Positions 45,016 through 53,861 of a stretch of DNA of 64,000 bases are shown piece after piece (the first letter of the stretch is position 1; each line of letters opens with the position of its first letter). The DNA comes from Candidatus Nomurabacteria bacterium (lineage in GTDB: Bacteria > Patescibacteriota > Minisyncoccia > Phycocordibacterales > JACOZG01). Under the pieces are notes generated by a model, which had not been told where the DNA came from, did not search any database, and was given only the letters and a program-made list of their open reading frames with translations. The DNA is taken from assembly GCA_020847275.1 (NCBI GenBank), contig JADLCI010000007.1, positions 27,814-91,813 on the forward strand, written 5' to 3'. The translations under genes and the position numbers were made by a program.

Positions 45016-45903
45016 TTGACCACCTTTGGTATTGGTGGTTACGCTGCCTACTATATTCGTGTCGTTGAGCCAGAAGAACTAGCTTTTGTGGTTCGTGAGA
45101 CGCGTAAATTGCGGATTCCATTTCGTCTGATTGCGGGTGGAAGCAATGTTGTTTTCTCGGATGAAACTTTTGTCGGCCTAATAATTCATTTTGTTCAAAA
45201 TAACTCCAAAATTTTTAGTAAAAAAGGAACTTTGGATGTGGCCGCTAATCTTGGTTTGATGAAGTTGATTCAAAGTAGCATCAAGGATGGGTTGGCGGGA
45301 TTGGAATCATTGTCTGGGATTCCTGGTTCCGTGGGCGGTGCGATTGTCGGTAATGCTGGCGCATACGGTCAAAGTATCTCGGATCATCTTACCGAGGTCC
45401 AGATTTTTGACGGAAGGAACGTGCGGTGGTTGAAAAAGAGCGAGTGCCACTTTGCTTATCGTGATAGCGCCTTTAAACGAGAAAAGAGAAAATGGTTGGT
45501 TCTGCGTGCCAGGTTTAAATTGAAGAATGGCGATAGTAAGAAGTTGCTGAAGAAATCGCAACAAATTATCACCACGAGAAATATGAAATATAATCCAAGC
45601 ATGAAGTGTCCTGGGAGTTTCTTTAAGAATGTGCAAGTGAAGAACATTTCTACGTCTGCTTTAAATAAGATAGATAAAAATAAAATTCGGGACGGGAAGA
45701 TTCCTGCCGGGTACTTATTAGAAGTGGTTGGCGCTTGTGGTATGAAAATGGGTAAAATTGAAGTAGCAAGTTTCCACGGCAATTTACTGATAAACAGGGG
45801 CGGAGGTAAATTTGCTGATGTGAAAAAGTTGTCTAGGGCACTTAAAAATAGGGTTTATAAAAAATTTGGCATAAGATTAGAAGAAGAAGTGAGATATCTG
45901 TAA
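45016..45903 (+). CDS. murB: UDP-N-acetylenolpyruvoylglucosamine reductase MurB (short form, apparent TTG start)
   Basis: TTFGIGGYAAY FAD-binding motif and GGSNVVFSD. MurB C-terminal domain. There is no in-frame ATG upstream; the ATG at 44999 is out of frame. Confidence 0.75.
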   Translation: MTTFGIGGYAAYYIRVVEPEELAFVVRETRKLRIPFRLIAGGSNVVFSDETFVGLIIHFVQNNSKIFSKKGTLDVAANLGLMKLIQSSIKDGLAGLESLSGIPGSVGGAIVGNAGAYGQSISDHLTEVQIFDGRNVRWLKKSECHFAYRDSAFKREKRKWLVLRARFKLKNGDSKKLLKKSQQIITTRNMKYNPSMKCPGSFFKNVQVKNISTSALNKIDKNKIRDGKIPAGYLLEVVGACGMKMGKIEVASFHGNLLINRGGGKFADVKKLSRALKNRVYKKFGIRLEEEVRYL

Positions 45904-45944
45904 TCTTTTTTTATCCCAAAAATCGTGGTAGAGTTGGAGGTCAA

Positions 45945-47339
45945 ATGTCCGAATTAATTCCTACAATTGGGCTAGAAATTCATGCCGAGCTGAAGACGCA
46001 AACTAAGATGTTTTGCCGTTCCAGGAATGACCCAGATGAGAATCGGCCGAATGTGAATGTTTGTCCAGTTTGTCTCGCGCATCCTGGGGTTCTTCCGACC
46101 ATTAATAAGAAGGCGGTTGAGCATGTTTTACGCACGGGTGTGGCGCTCGGCGGGACGCTCGCTGATTACACGGAGTTTGATCGCAAGAACTATTTCTATC
46201 CCGACATTCCTAAGGGTTATCAGATTAGTCAGTATCAGTTTCCCCTCATTTCTGGTGGTGCTTTGCAGGGGGTTCAGTTGACTCGGATTCATCTAGAAGA
46301 AGACACAGCTAGTAATCAGCACTCGGATTCCGCTGATGAGAGTTTGGTGGATTTCAACCGTGCGGGTGTTCCACTAATGGAGCTGGTAACCGAGCCGGTG
46401 ATAACTTCCGCAAAACAGGCCGTGGATTTTTCACGGGAGTTACAATTATTATTACGTTATCTCAATGTAAGCGAGGCGAATATGGAGAAAGGTGAGATGC
46501 GGGTGGAGGCGAATATTTCTATCGCCCGAGCTGGAGAGAGGGGGACGAAGGTAGAAGTAAAAAATCTAAACTCATTCCGTGCAGTGGAAAGGGCGATTGA
46601 TTATGAGTTATTGAGACAGAGGAAGATTGTCGAATCTGGCGAAAGGGTGGCTCAAGAGACTCGAGGGTGGGATGAGGTCAAACAAAATACTTTCTCGCAG
46701 AGGAAAAAAGAATCATCTCATGACTATCGTTATTTTCCAGATCCAGATTTACCAAAACTGAGGATTTCTGAAATCCCAGGATTTAGTAAAGATAATTTAC
46801 AAAAGACAATTCCTGAATTACCGTGGCAGAGGAGAGAGAAATTGTTGGGGTTGGGGATCCAGAGACAGGACGCGGAACAGTATGTGGCTGATTTGGGGCT
46901 GGGTAACTATTTTGAGAAAGTGGTTAATGAGCTGGGAGAAGCGAGTTTGCTGAAAATAGCGTCTAATTTTATCTCAAACGACATTGTTGGTTTATTGAAA
47001 AGGGAGAAGAATCTCAAATTGCCGACGGTTTCCAGTTTTGTGAAGATTGTGAGATTGTTTAGTGAAAAGAAATTTAATTCGCGACAGGCGAAAGATGCGA
47101 TCGAAAGTCTGGTGAAAGAGGGGAAGGAAGCGGAAGAGGTGCGCGGCACTGATTTAAGCGAAGTTGTTGCAAAAGTGATTGCCGATAATCCTAACGTGGT
47201 TACTGACTACAAAAGCGGCAAGGAGTCAGCCCTGCAGTTTCTCATTGGTCGGGGGATGAAAGAAAGTAAGGGCAGCGCAAACCCTGAGGCGTTGAAGGAG
47301 TCACTTATCAACTCTTTATCCACTGGTTCTGCACTTTAA
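45945..47339 (+). CDS. gatB: Asp-tRNA(Asn)/Glu-tRNA(Gln) amidotransferase subunit B
   Basis: IGLEIHAELKTQTKMFC...VCPVCLAHPGVLP N-terminus. C-terminal GatB/YqeY domain. Confidence 0.95.
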   Translation: MSELIPTIGLEIHAELKTQTKMFCRSRNDPDENRPNVNVCPVCLAHPGVLPTINKKAVEHVLRTGVALGGTLADYTEFDRKNYFYPDIPKGYQISQYQFPLISGGALQGVQLTRIHLEEDTASNQHSDSADESLVDFNRAGVPLMELVTEPVITSAKQAVDFSRELQLLLRYLNVSEANMEKGEMRVEANISIARAGERGTKVEVKNLNSFRAVERAIDYELLRQRKIVESGERVAQETRGWDEVKQNTFSQRKKESSHDYRYFPDPDLPKLRISEIPGFSKDNLQKTIPELPWQRREKLLGLGIQRQDAEQYVADLGLGNYFEKVVNELGEASLLKIASNFISNDIVGLLKREKNLKLPTVSSFVKIVRLFSEKKFNSRQAKDAIESLVKEGKEAEEVRGTDLSEVVAKVIADNPNVVTDYKSGKESALQFLIGRGMKESKGSANPEALKESLINSLSTGSAL

Positions 47340-47590
47340 GCCAGATTTTGTCTCTTGACGTCTAGAATGGCGGCGCGATAATTGGGACAGTTCACTGGAG
47401 TGGTAGGGGACATTCCTAGCATAGAAAATAAAAAGGTTCCCAAATCGTCACGTTGTAGCTTTGGTTGCAACGCGTCTGCAGGAACCAACTTGTCTAAACG
47501 AGGACATTCCTCCACTTCACTCTGGTGAGCGAGGTAACGCACCAAGATCTGGCCTTTGGGCCGGGTCTTGGTGTCTCTTTGTCTTCGCAC
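47336..47590 (-). CDS. Orphan 84-aa ORF in the gatB-RRM intergenic region; doubtful
   Basis: ORF-track entry only. No recognisable motif. It is antisense to the promoter/5' UTR region of the RRM gene. Confidence 0.2.
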   Translation of the reverse strand: MRRQRDTKTRPKGQILVRYLAHQSEVEECPRLDKLVPADALQPKLQRDDLGTFLFSMLGMSPTTPVNCPNYRAAILDVKRQNLA

Positions 47591-47598
47591 TAATTCGC

Positions 47599-47626
47599 TT
47601 GACTTTTTCTTTCACCTGTGTATACT
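47599..47626 (+). promoter_or_regulatory. Sigma70-like promoter TTGACT-16-TATACT upstream of the RRM protein gene
   Basis: TTGACT at 47599-47604 and TATACT at 47621-47626. The leader to the ATG at 47706 is about 75 nt. Confidence 0.5.
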
Positions 47627-47705
47627 TGATAGCGTAAGTGTTTTCTCTCGCGATCTTCGCGGGGAAGGTCGCCCTTACACAAGCTAGTGAAAGAATAGAA
47701 GATCA

Positions 47706-48008
47706 ATGGCTAAGAAATTGTATGTTGGCGGGTTGCCTTACACAACCACTGAAGATGCGCTGAAGAGTGCATTCGCTCAGGCTGGTGCTGTGGAGACAGC
47801 CAACATCATCATGGATCGTATGACCGGTCGCTCTAAGGGCTTCGGGTTCGTGCAGATGACTGATGATGCTGAAGCTGACAAAGCGATTGAGATGTGGAAT
47901 GGGAAAGAATTTGAGGGTCGTAAACTGACCGTCAATGAAGCTCGTCCGCTGGAGGCTCGTCCTCCTCGCCGAAATGGCGGTTTCGATCGCGGTGGCAACA
48001 ACTGGTAA
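47706..48008 (+). CDS. RRM-type RNA-binding protein (glycine-rich C-terminus)
   Basis: RNP2 KLYVGGL and RNP1 KGFGFVQM. C-terminal RRNGGFDRGGNNW. Confidence 0.85.
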   Translation: MAKKLYVGGLPYTTTEDALKSAFAQAGAVETANIIMDRMTGRSKGFGFVQMTDDAEADKAIEMWNGKEFEGRKLTVNEARPLEARPPRRNGGFDRGGNNW

Positions 48009-48028
48009 TTAATCAGTTTTGCTGAAGA

Positions 48029-48058
48029 AAAGCCCCGCCTTACGGCGGGGCTTTTCTG
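48029..48058 (+). terminator. Rho-independent terminator
   Basis: AGCCCCGCC-TTAC-GGCGGGGCT followed by TTTCT. Confidence 0.75.
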
Positions 48059-48105
48059 TGCTAGAGTTAATTTCGGTTGTTCTTTCTATACAAGGAGAAA
48101 ATGAT

Positions 48106-48972
48106 ATGAGTAAGTCAGCACAGGTTTTCGTTTTTTTTGTCGTCGTCGTCCCGTTCGTTGCACTTGGTCTGGCGGTTTGGCTCTGGTTAAGTCGGGGGTT
48201 AGACTCATTCTATCTCTGGCTGTTTCTTGGGAGGTATCTGGCTACTGGTTTTGGGATTACAGTTGGGTTTCACCGATTGTTTACACACCGTTCTTTCGAG
48301 ACCACCAAGGTAATTAGATTTCTGCTAGCCGTCCTTGGATCAATGTCGGTTCAGGGTCCGATCATTCAGTGGGTGGCTGCGCACCGCAGACATCATGAAC
48401 ACAGCGATAAGGAGGGTGATCCACATTCTCCCAATCTTCACGCGAAAGGTTTATGGGGATTTCTTGGTGGTCTGTGGCACGCCCACACTGGATGGCTTTT
48501 CACTTTTCCAGCCCAGAAGTATCAACGGTACGCCAATGATTTGGTGAAGGATAGGATGATAAATCGGATTAGTCGACTTTTTCCGCTGTGGGTTGTGCTT
48601 GGTCTCGTCATACCGGCAGCAATCGGTGGCTTGGTCAGTAGCACTTGGCAAGGCGTAGGTCTCGGTTTCCTTTGGGGTGGATTGGTGGGGGTTTTCTTCG
48701 TCCATCATGTCACCTGGAGCGTAAACTCGGTCTGCCATTTATGGGGGACACGACCTCATGAAACAACAGATAAGAGTCGCAACAACCCAATCTTTGCGCC
48801 ACTGGCTTGGGGCGAGGGTGCTCATAACACCCATCATGCTTTTCCCCAATCTGCGCGCCACGGCTTTCGTTGGTGGGAGTTTGATTCTAGTTACCTTATA
48901 ATTAAGTTGCTTGCTTATCTCAAGCTTGCCTGGGATATTAAATTACCCCGACAAGCGACCCCGCCCAACTAG
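48106..48972 (+). CDS. Membrane fatty-acid desaturase (acyl-lipid/acyl-CoA delta-9 type)
   Basis: Three His boxes: HRLFTHRSF, HRRHHEHSD and HNTHHAFP. AAGGAG RBS at 48092-48097. The track ORF starts at 48019. Confidence 0.85.
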   Translation: MSKSAQVFVFFVVVVPFVALGLAVWLWLSRGLDSFYLWLFLGRYLATGFGITVGFHRLFTHRSFETTKVIRFLLAVLGSMSVQGPIIQWVAAHRRHHEHSDKEGDPHSPNLHAKGLWGFLGGLWHAHTGWLFTFPAQKYQRYANDLVKDRMINRISRLFPLWVVLGLVIPAAIGGLVSSTWQGVGLGFLWGGLVGVFFVHHVTWSVNSVCHLWGTRPHETTDKSRNNPIFAPLAWGEGAHNTHHAFPQSARHGFRWWEFDSSYLIIKLLAYLKLAWDIKLPRQATPPN

Positions 48973-48990
48973 GGCGGGGTTCTTATTTGC
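48957..48990 (+). terminator. Rho-independent terminator overlapping the desaturase stop codon
   Basis: ACCCCGCCC-AACTAG-GGCGGGGT followed by TCTTATTTG. Confidence 0.65.
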
Positions 48991-49045
48991 CAAAAATATT
49001 TTTATCTGCTATATTTTACGTTCGCCTATTTCTGGCGAAATTTTT

Positions 49046-50863
49046 ATGAAAATTAGGAATGTCGCAATTATCGCCCACGTCGACCACGGCAAGACCACAC
49101 TTGTGGACGCTCTTTTACGCCAGTCAAAAACGAAAATTTCTAAGGAAACCGTGGAGAAGGGTGACCTGATCATGGATTCCAATGATCTAGAGCGGGAGCG
49201 GGGTATTACAATTTTTTCAAAAAACGCGAGTGTTAATTGGGACGGAGTGAAGATAAACATCATTGATACTCCTGGTCACGCGGATTTCGGTGGAGAGGTG
49301 GAACGCGTTTTAAAAATGGCGGATGGAGCACTTCTTCTAGTCGACGCAAAAGAGGGCCCAATGCCCCAAACAAGGTTTGTTCTTAAGAAAGCCCTCAACC
49401 TCGGTTTAAAGGTCATTGTCGTTGTGAATAAGATTGATAAACCCGGAAGTCGTCCAGATTGGGCTCTAGAAGAGACGCTCGGTCTTTTCTTGGATCTGGG
49501 TGCAAACGATGAGCAGGCGGACTTTCCGGTACTTTATGCCTCTGGGCGTGCCGGCGTGGCAGGTGTGACACCAAAACTAGAAGAGATGAAGGATATCGCG
49601 CCTGTTTTTGATACGATCTTGAAGGAAATTAAAGCGCCGGAGGGTGATGTTGACGGGTCGCTCCAAATGCTTGTCACCACCGTCTTTGCTGATGAATGGA
49701 AGGGGCGTATTGCTACGGGTCGTATCTATCGTGGAACGATTCGGGCCGGACAAGAAGTTGCGCATATCAATCGAGAGGGCTTGGTTTCGAAAGAGCGCCT
49801 GGTTTCTCTTATGACATTCGATGGTCTTGGCCGTATTGAAACGGCAGAGGCGCAGGTGGGAGATATTGTCGCGATTGCTGGGTTGCCGGATGTGACGATT
49901 GGTGAAACGATTGCTGATATTGCTAACCCAGAGGCGCTACCATTGTTATCGATTGAAGAGCCAACTGTGAAAGTAACTTTTCTGCCTAACGATTCACCTT
50001 GGGCTGGTCGCGAAGGTCAATTTACCACTTCGCGTGAACTGCGTGAACGACTTTATAAAGAGTTGGAGAATGATATGGCGTTAAGGGTTGACGATATTGC
50101 TGGCGGTAAGGGTTGGATTGTGTCTGGAAGAGGGGAACTACATCTTGCGATTTTAATAGAAAGATTGCGTCGGGAGGGCTATGAGTTGCAGGTTTCCCGA
50201 CCACAAGTAATTACAAAGGTGGAGAATGGTGTAGAGGTTGTACCGTTTGAAGAAGTGTTTGTCGAAACACCGGAGGCCTATTCTGGCGTGGTGATTGAGA
50301 AGATGGGTAAACGGCATGGACAGATGGCAGACTTCCGACTAGAGAACGGAATTGCTCATCTCAAATTTACCATTCCCACCCGCGGACTTTTTGGCTATCG
50401 AAATGAGTTTCTCACCGACACCAAGGGTTTGGGGATTATGAATACTCTTTTTCTCGATTATCGTGAAGATAAGCAAACCTGGAGTGAGAAGGAGCGTGGC
50501 TCTCTGGTGGCGAGCGACGCGGGACAGACGCTTCTCTATTCGCTTGTTAGTCTTCAGGAACGGGGAACCCTTTTCTATGGCCCTGGGGCGCAGGTTTATG
50601 TGGGTCAAGTGGTGGGCGAGCATTCACGGTCGGGGGATTTACGGGTGAATCCATGTAAAGCTAAACAATTATCTAATATGCGGTCCAAAGGTGATGGTGG
50701 GACGGAACACTTTGACAAGCCACATACGATGAATCTGGAAGAAGCTCTAGAGTATATCGGGGGCGATGAATTGGTGGAGGTAACTCCCAAGAATGTTCGT
50801 ATTCGCAAGATAATTCTTGATGAAGCTGAGGCGCGTCGCTTGGCGAGAGGAATTAAGAATTAA
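49046..50863 (+). CDS. typA: Translational GTPase TypA/BipA
   Basis: IRNVAIIAHVDHGKTTLVDALL, DTPGHADFGGEVER, NKIDK. BipA-type C-terminal domain. The track ORF starts at 48911. Confidence 0.93.
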   Translation: MKIRNVAIIAHVDHGKTTLVDALLRQSKTKISKETVEKGDLIMDSNDLERERGITIFSKNASVNWDGVKINIIDTPGHADFGGEVERVLKMADGALLLVDAKEGPMPQTRFVLKKALNLGLKVIVVVNKIDKPGSRPDWALEETLGLFLDLGANDEQADFPVLYASGRAGVAGVTPKLEEMKDIAPVFDTILKEIKAPEGDVDGSLQMLVTTVFADEWKGRIATGRIYRGTIRAGQEVAHINREGLVSKERLVSLMTFDGLGRIETAEAQVGDIVAIAGLPDVTIGETIADIANPEALPLLSIEEPTVKVTFLPNDSPWAGREGQFTTSRELRERLYKELENDMALRVDDIAGGKGWIVSGRGELHLAILIERLRREGYELQVSRPQVITKVENGVEVVPFEEVFVETPEAYSGVVIEKMGKRHGQMADFRLENGIAHLKFTIPTRGLFGYRNEFLTDTKGLGIMNTLFLDYREDKQTWSEKERGSLVASDAGQTLLYSLVSLQERGTLFYGPGAQVYVGQVVGEHSRSGDLRVNPCKAKQLSNMRSKGDGGTEHFDKPHTMNLEEALEYIGGDELVEVTPKNVRIRKIILDEAEARRLARGIKN

Positions 50864-50878
50864 TTTTTTCAAAAAAAG

Positions 50879-50915
50879 AACCGCCACGGTGAAGACCGGG
50901 GCGGTTTTAGTTTGA
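50879..50915 (+). terminator. Probable rho-independent terminator after typA
   Basis: AACCGCC...GGCGGTT stem followed by TTAGTTTG. Confidence 0.5.
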
Positions 50916-50930
50916 TGCCGGGGTTAACTG

Positions 50931-51281
50931 TTAGTCAACACAGACAAGACAATCGACAGGAACGTGAGTTGTTTGGTTCGGGTGTACGCCCTCGATTCTT
51001 GCGTCGTCTCCCAAGAAGCCAATAAGGCAGAAAACGCCACCCGGAGACTTTCCTGGTAAGTTCGCCAGAATTTTTGCTCTGGCCTCAGCTGTCCTGGGGT
51101 GCTTTTGGTCTAATCTAACCACAAATGGACTCGGGGCAAAATCACGAAGTTCTGTTCTCTCTTGTCCAGCAAGCATCAGCATCTGCCTCCATAAAAGAAA
51201 ATAAGGAACTCCCCAATGGGAGATATTATCATATGGTATAATAAAGTCCAATATGGATGAACAAATTAAGGATTTCAGCAA
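50931..51281 (-). CDS. Orphan 116-aa ORF between typA and the PGI/PMI gene; doubtful
   Basis: ORF-track entry only. Its 5' end overlaps the divergent PGI/PMI start by 29 nt. No recognisable family. Confidence 0.25.
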   Translation of the reverse strand: MLKSLICSSILDFIIPYDNISHWGVPYFLLWRQMLMLAGQERTELRDFAPSPFVVRLDQKHPRTAEARAKILANLPGKSPGGVFCLIGFLGDDARIEGVHPNQTTHVPVDCLVCVD

Positions 51282-52188
51282 GCAGTTGGCCTGGCGACCG
51301 GAAATTGTAAATCATGATAGATTGGAGAAGAGAACAAAATTTATTCTTTGTGGTATGGGCGGGTCGACATTGGCCGCTGGCTTATTGAAGGTTGCTGAAC
51401 CCAAGTTGGATCTATTGATCCACCGCGATTATGGCTTGCCACGTGTACCAGATTATTTTCTCCACGAGAGTGTAATCATTTTGAGTTCTTACTCTGGTAA
51501 TACTGTGGAGGTGCTAGATGTTGGACGAGAAGCATTAGAATTCGGCTTACATCTCGCCGTCGTCACTAGCGGTGGAAAGTTATTGGATTGGGCGAAGAAA
51601 AATGATTTGCCCTACATTGTTTTGCCGTCCGGTTCACAACCACGGATGGCGCTGGGGTATTTCTGTAAAGCTTTAGCCATGTTGTTGGGCGACAGTCGTC
51701 TATTGGCGACATTGGGCACGACGACGATTTCTTCTGCGTTGCTTGAGGCGGCCGGGGAGACATTGGCCAATAAATTGAGAAATAAAATTCCCGTTATTTA
51801 TTCTTCGACACTAAACTACCCACTTGCCTATCACTGGAAAATTTCTTTCAACGAGACGGCGAAGGTCTCTGCCTTCGCCAACGCTTTCCCCGAACTCAAC
51901 CATAATGAAATGCAAAGTCAGTTTGACCCGAATCAATTCAGTTTCATTTTCTTACGCGACGGCAGTCATGACCCCAGAATTGAAGACCGGCTGGATAAGC
52001 TCAAGGTGCTTTATGAGCGCGCGGGTCTGGGAGTTGAAGTGATTCAAATCACCGGCACGACGGTCTGGGAAAAAATTTTCCACTCCGTTATTCTTGCCGA
52101 ATGGACGGTGCTTCACCTTGCCCGCGTCCGCCAAGTTGATCCCGAAACCGTGCCGTTGATTGAGGAGTTTAAGAAGTCGCTGGTGTAG
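51253..52188 (+). CDS. Bifunctional phosphoglucose/phosphomannose isomerase (SIS domain, archaeal-type PGI/PMI)
   Basis: FILCGMGGSTLAAGLL and SYSGNTVE SIS motifs. Length about 310 aa, typical of the family. Confidence 0.72.
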   Translation: MDEQIKDFSKQLAWRPEIVNHDRLEKRTKFILCGMGGSTLAAGLLKVAEPKLDLLIHRDYGLPRVPDYFLHESVIILSSYSGNTVEVLDVGREALEFGLHLAVVTSGGKLLDWAKKNDLPYIVLPSGSQPRMALGYFCKALAMLLGDSRLLATLGTTTISSALLEAAGETLANKLRNKIPVIYSSTLNYPLAYHWKISFNETAKVSAFANAFPELNHNEMQSQFDPNQFSFIFLRDGSHDPRIEDRLDKLKVLYERAGLGVEVIQITGTTVWEKIFHSVILAEWTVLHLARVRQVDPETVPLIEEFKKSLV

Positions 52189-52978
52189 AAGTAGCGGTGA
52201 GGCGAAAGGTGGAGAGGATTTTGTTGAATATCTCTTCTTTCTCCTCCAGCTCAGTCTCATTTGTGTAGCCCGCAACTATAATCTGATTCTCGTTTAGATT
52301 AAAGACAGACAAGAATACATAATTGTCATGACCATCTGAGTATTCTGTGCCTTCTGCGTATTTCAAATACTGGATTGACGTTTCGACACCAAACACAACT
52401 ATTTGTTTTCTGGGTTTATAGTCTATCCACCCAGCGAATCCTATCGCAGCTAGATCAATTTCCAAGTTCACCGAGAGGTTGGGTTCTTGACTTTTTATTT
52501 TTAATCCAAATTTCCTAATCATCACAGGAGATGGTTCCATTAACGCAATCTCACCCGGATACTCGAATTCAAATCCGTACTCTTCGTTGCGATAAGTCTG
52601 CCAACCCGCCGTCTCGTCAATAACTGGTTCTGGTAGATAAGTTGTTGGTTCGGTGGTCACAGTTATGTCTTGGAAGGTTTCTGGATTGTTACCTAGCCAC
52701 CTGCTCAATAAATTCGGCTGATAGAACGCGACATAAGCACCCGCACCAGAAGCAAGCAAGAGTAGGACAAGGAAGGTAATCAAAACGGGGTGAGACTTAC
52801 TCGTCCGGATGGTGGGCGAGGGAACATTTTGTTCTTTTTGCCATTCGGCCGCATTGAAGGCAATCGCAATTTCCTTCTCGTTAATATTATTAAGCCGAAG
52901 GATCTGCTCAATTTCCACCCGACTCTTGCCCTGAATAAGTTGCGAGCGGATAAACTCAATTAGTTGTTCGGGGTTCAT
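52169..52978 (-). CDS. Hypothetical membrane-anchored protein
   Basis: Start MNPEQLIEFIRSQL. A single TM helix VLITFLVLLLLASGAGAYVAF. The 3' end overlaps the PGI/PMI 3' end by 20 nt. The track start is at 53014. Confidence 0.5.
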   Translation of the reverse strand: MNPEQLIEFIRSQLIQGKSRVEIEQILRLNNINEKEIAIAFNAAEWQKEQNVPSPTIRTSKSHPVLITFLVLLLLASGAGAYVAFYQPNLLSRWLGNNPETFQDITVTTEPTTYLPEPVIDETAGWQTYRNEEYGFEFEYPGEIALMEPSPVMIRKFGLKIKSQEPNLSVNLEIDLAAIGFAGWIDYKPRKQIVVFGVETSIQYLKYAEGTEYSDGHDNYVFLSVFNLNENQIIVAGYTNETELEEKEEIFNKILSTFRLTATSTPATS

Positions 52979-53027
52979 TTTTTTGGTTTTATTATTTCTA
53001 ATTCTATTATACACTTAAAACAAGTTT

Positions 53028-53798
53028 ATGTATCTAATATTCGATATTGGGGCGACAAAGATGCGCATTGCCGTTTCCGCAGATGGGGCGAGTTTCTCTG
53101 AACCGAAAGTGTTACCGAGTCCTGAGGGGGCAGCAGAATTGGTGTCGACTTTTGCGGATGTGGCGCAAGAATTGCTTGGGGGAAAAAAGCCAAAAGCAAT
53201 TTGTGGTGGCGTGACGCGTAAACACTACGACGCAAGAAAGGGGTTAGCAGAAATTTTTGATTGCCCGACTTATTTTGAGAACGATGCCGCCTTGGCGGCT
53301 TTGGGTGAAGCGCGCGTAGGTGCTGGTAGGGGAAAAAATATTGTTGTGTACCTGACGATCTCAACCGGTGTCGGCGGTGCACGCGTGACGAATGGACGAA
53401 TCGATGAGTCGGCTAATGGTTTTGAGCCTGGTTCGCAGATATTAAATCTAGATAATGAACAGAAAACACTGGAACAACTAGTTTCTGGTCGGAGTCTGGC
53501 AAAGAGATTTGGTAAATCACCCAAAGAGGTTTCGGATCCGGTCATTTGGGATGAGTTGGCCAGATTATTGGCACACGGTTTATACAACACCGCTGTTCAC
53601 TGGTCACCGGAGGTCATTATTTTGGGCGGGAGTATGATTCTCGGTGACCCGCGTATTGATTTGATTACGCTTGAGAAACATTTACGAGGAATTCCAAGTA
53701 TATTTTCAGATTTTCCCACTATTGCCTCGGCAGAGCTCGGTGATTTTAATGGTTTACACGGCGCTCTTCACTTTCTTCAACAAAAGCTTTCTAATTAA
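53028..53798 (+). CDS. ROK-family / BadF-type sugar kinase (glucokinase-like)
   Basis: LIFDIGATKMRIAV is the phosphate-1 motif and ISTGVGGARV is the phosphate-2-like motif. Confidence 0.65.
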   Translation: MYLIFDIGATKMRIAVSADGASFSEPKVLPSPEGAAELVSTFADVAQELLGGKKPKAICGGVTRKHYDARKGLAEIFDCPTYFENDAALAALGEARVGAGRGKNIVVYLTISTGVGGARVTNGRIDESANGFEPGSQILNLDNEQKTLEQLVSGRSLAKRFGKSPKEVSDPVIWDELARLLAHGLYNTAVHWSPEVIILGGSMILGDPRIDLITLEKHLRGIPSIFSDFPTIASAELGDFNGLHGALHFLQQKLSN

Positions 53799-53861
53799 CA
53801 GTTATCCACTGTTTTCTGCTGTTTTATTTTTTGTTGTTTTTGGTCTAAAATAGAGTCTTCT

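Noticed and set aside
53799-53861. Possible NrdR box or B12 riboswitch upstream of the class II RNR
   Set aside because: The 63-nt gap is too short for a cobalamin riboswitch, and I could not see the NrdR-box palindrome. Only a weak -10-like TAAAAT is present.
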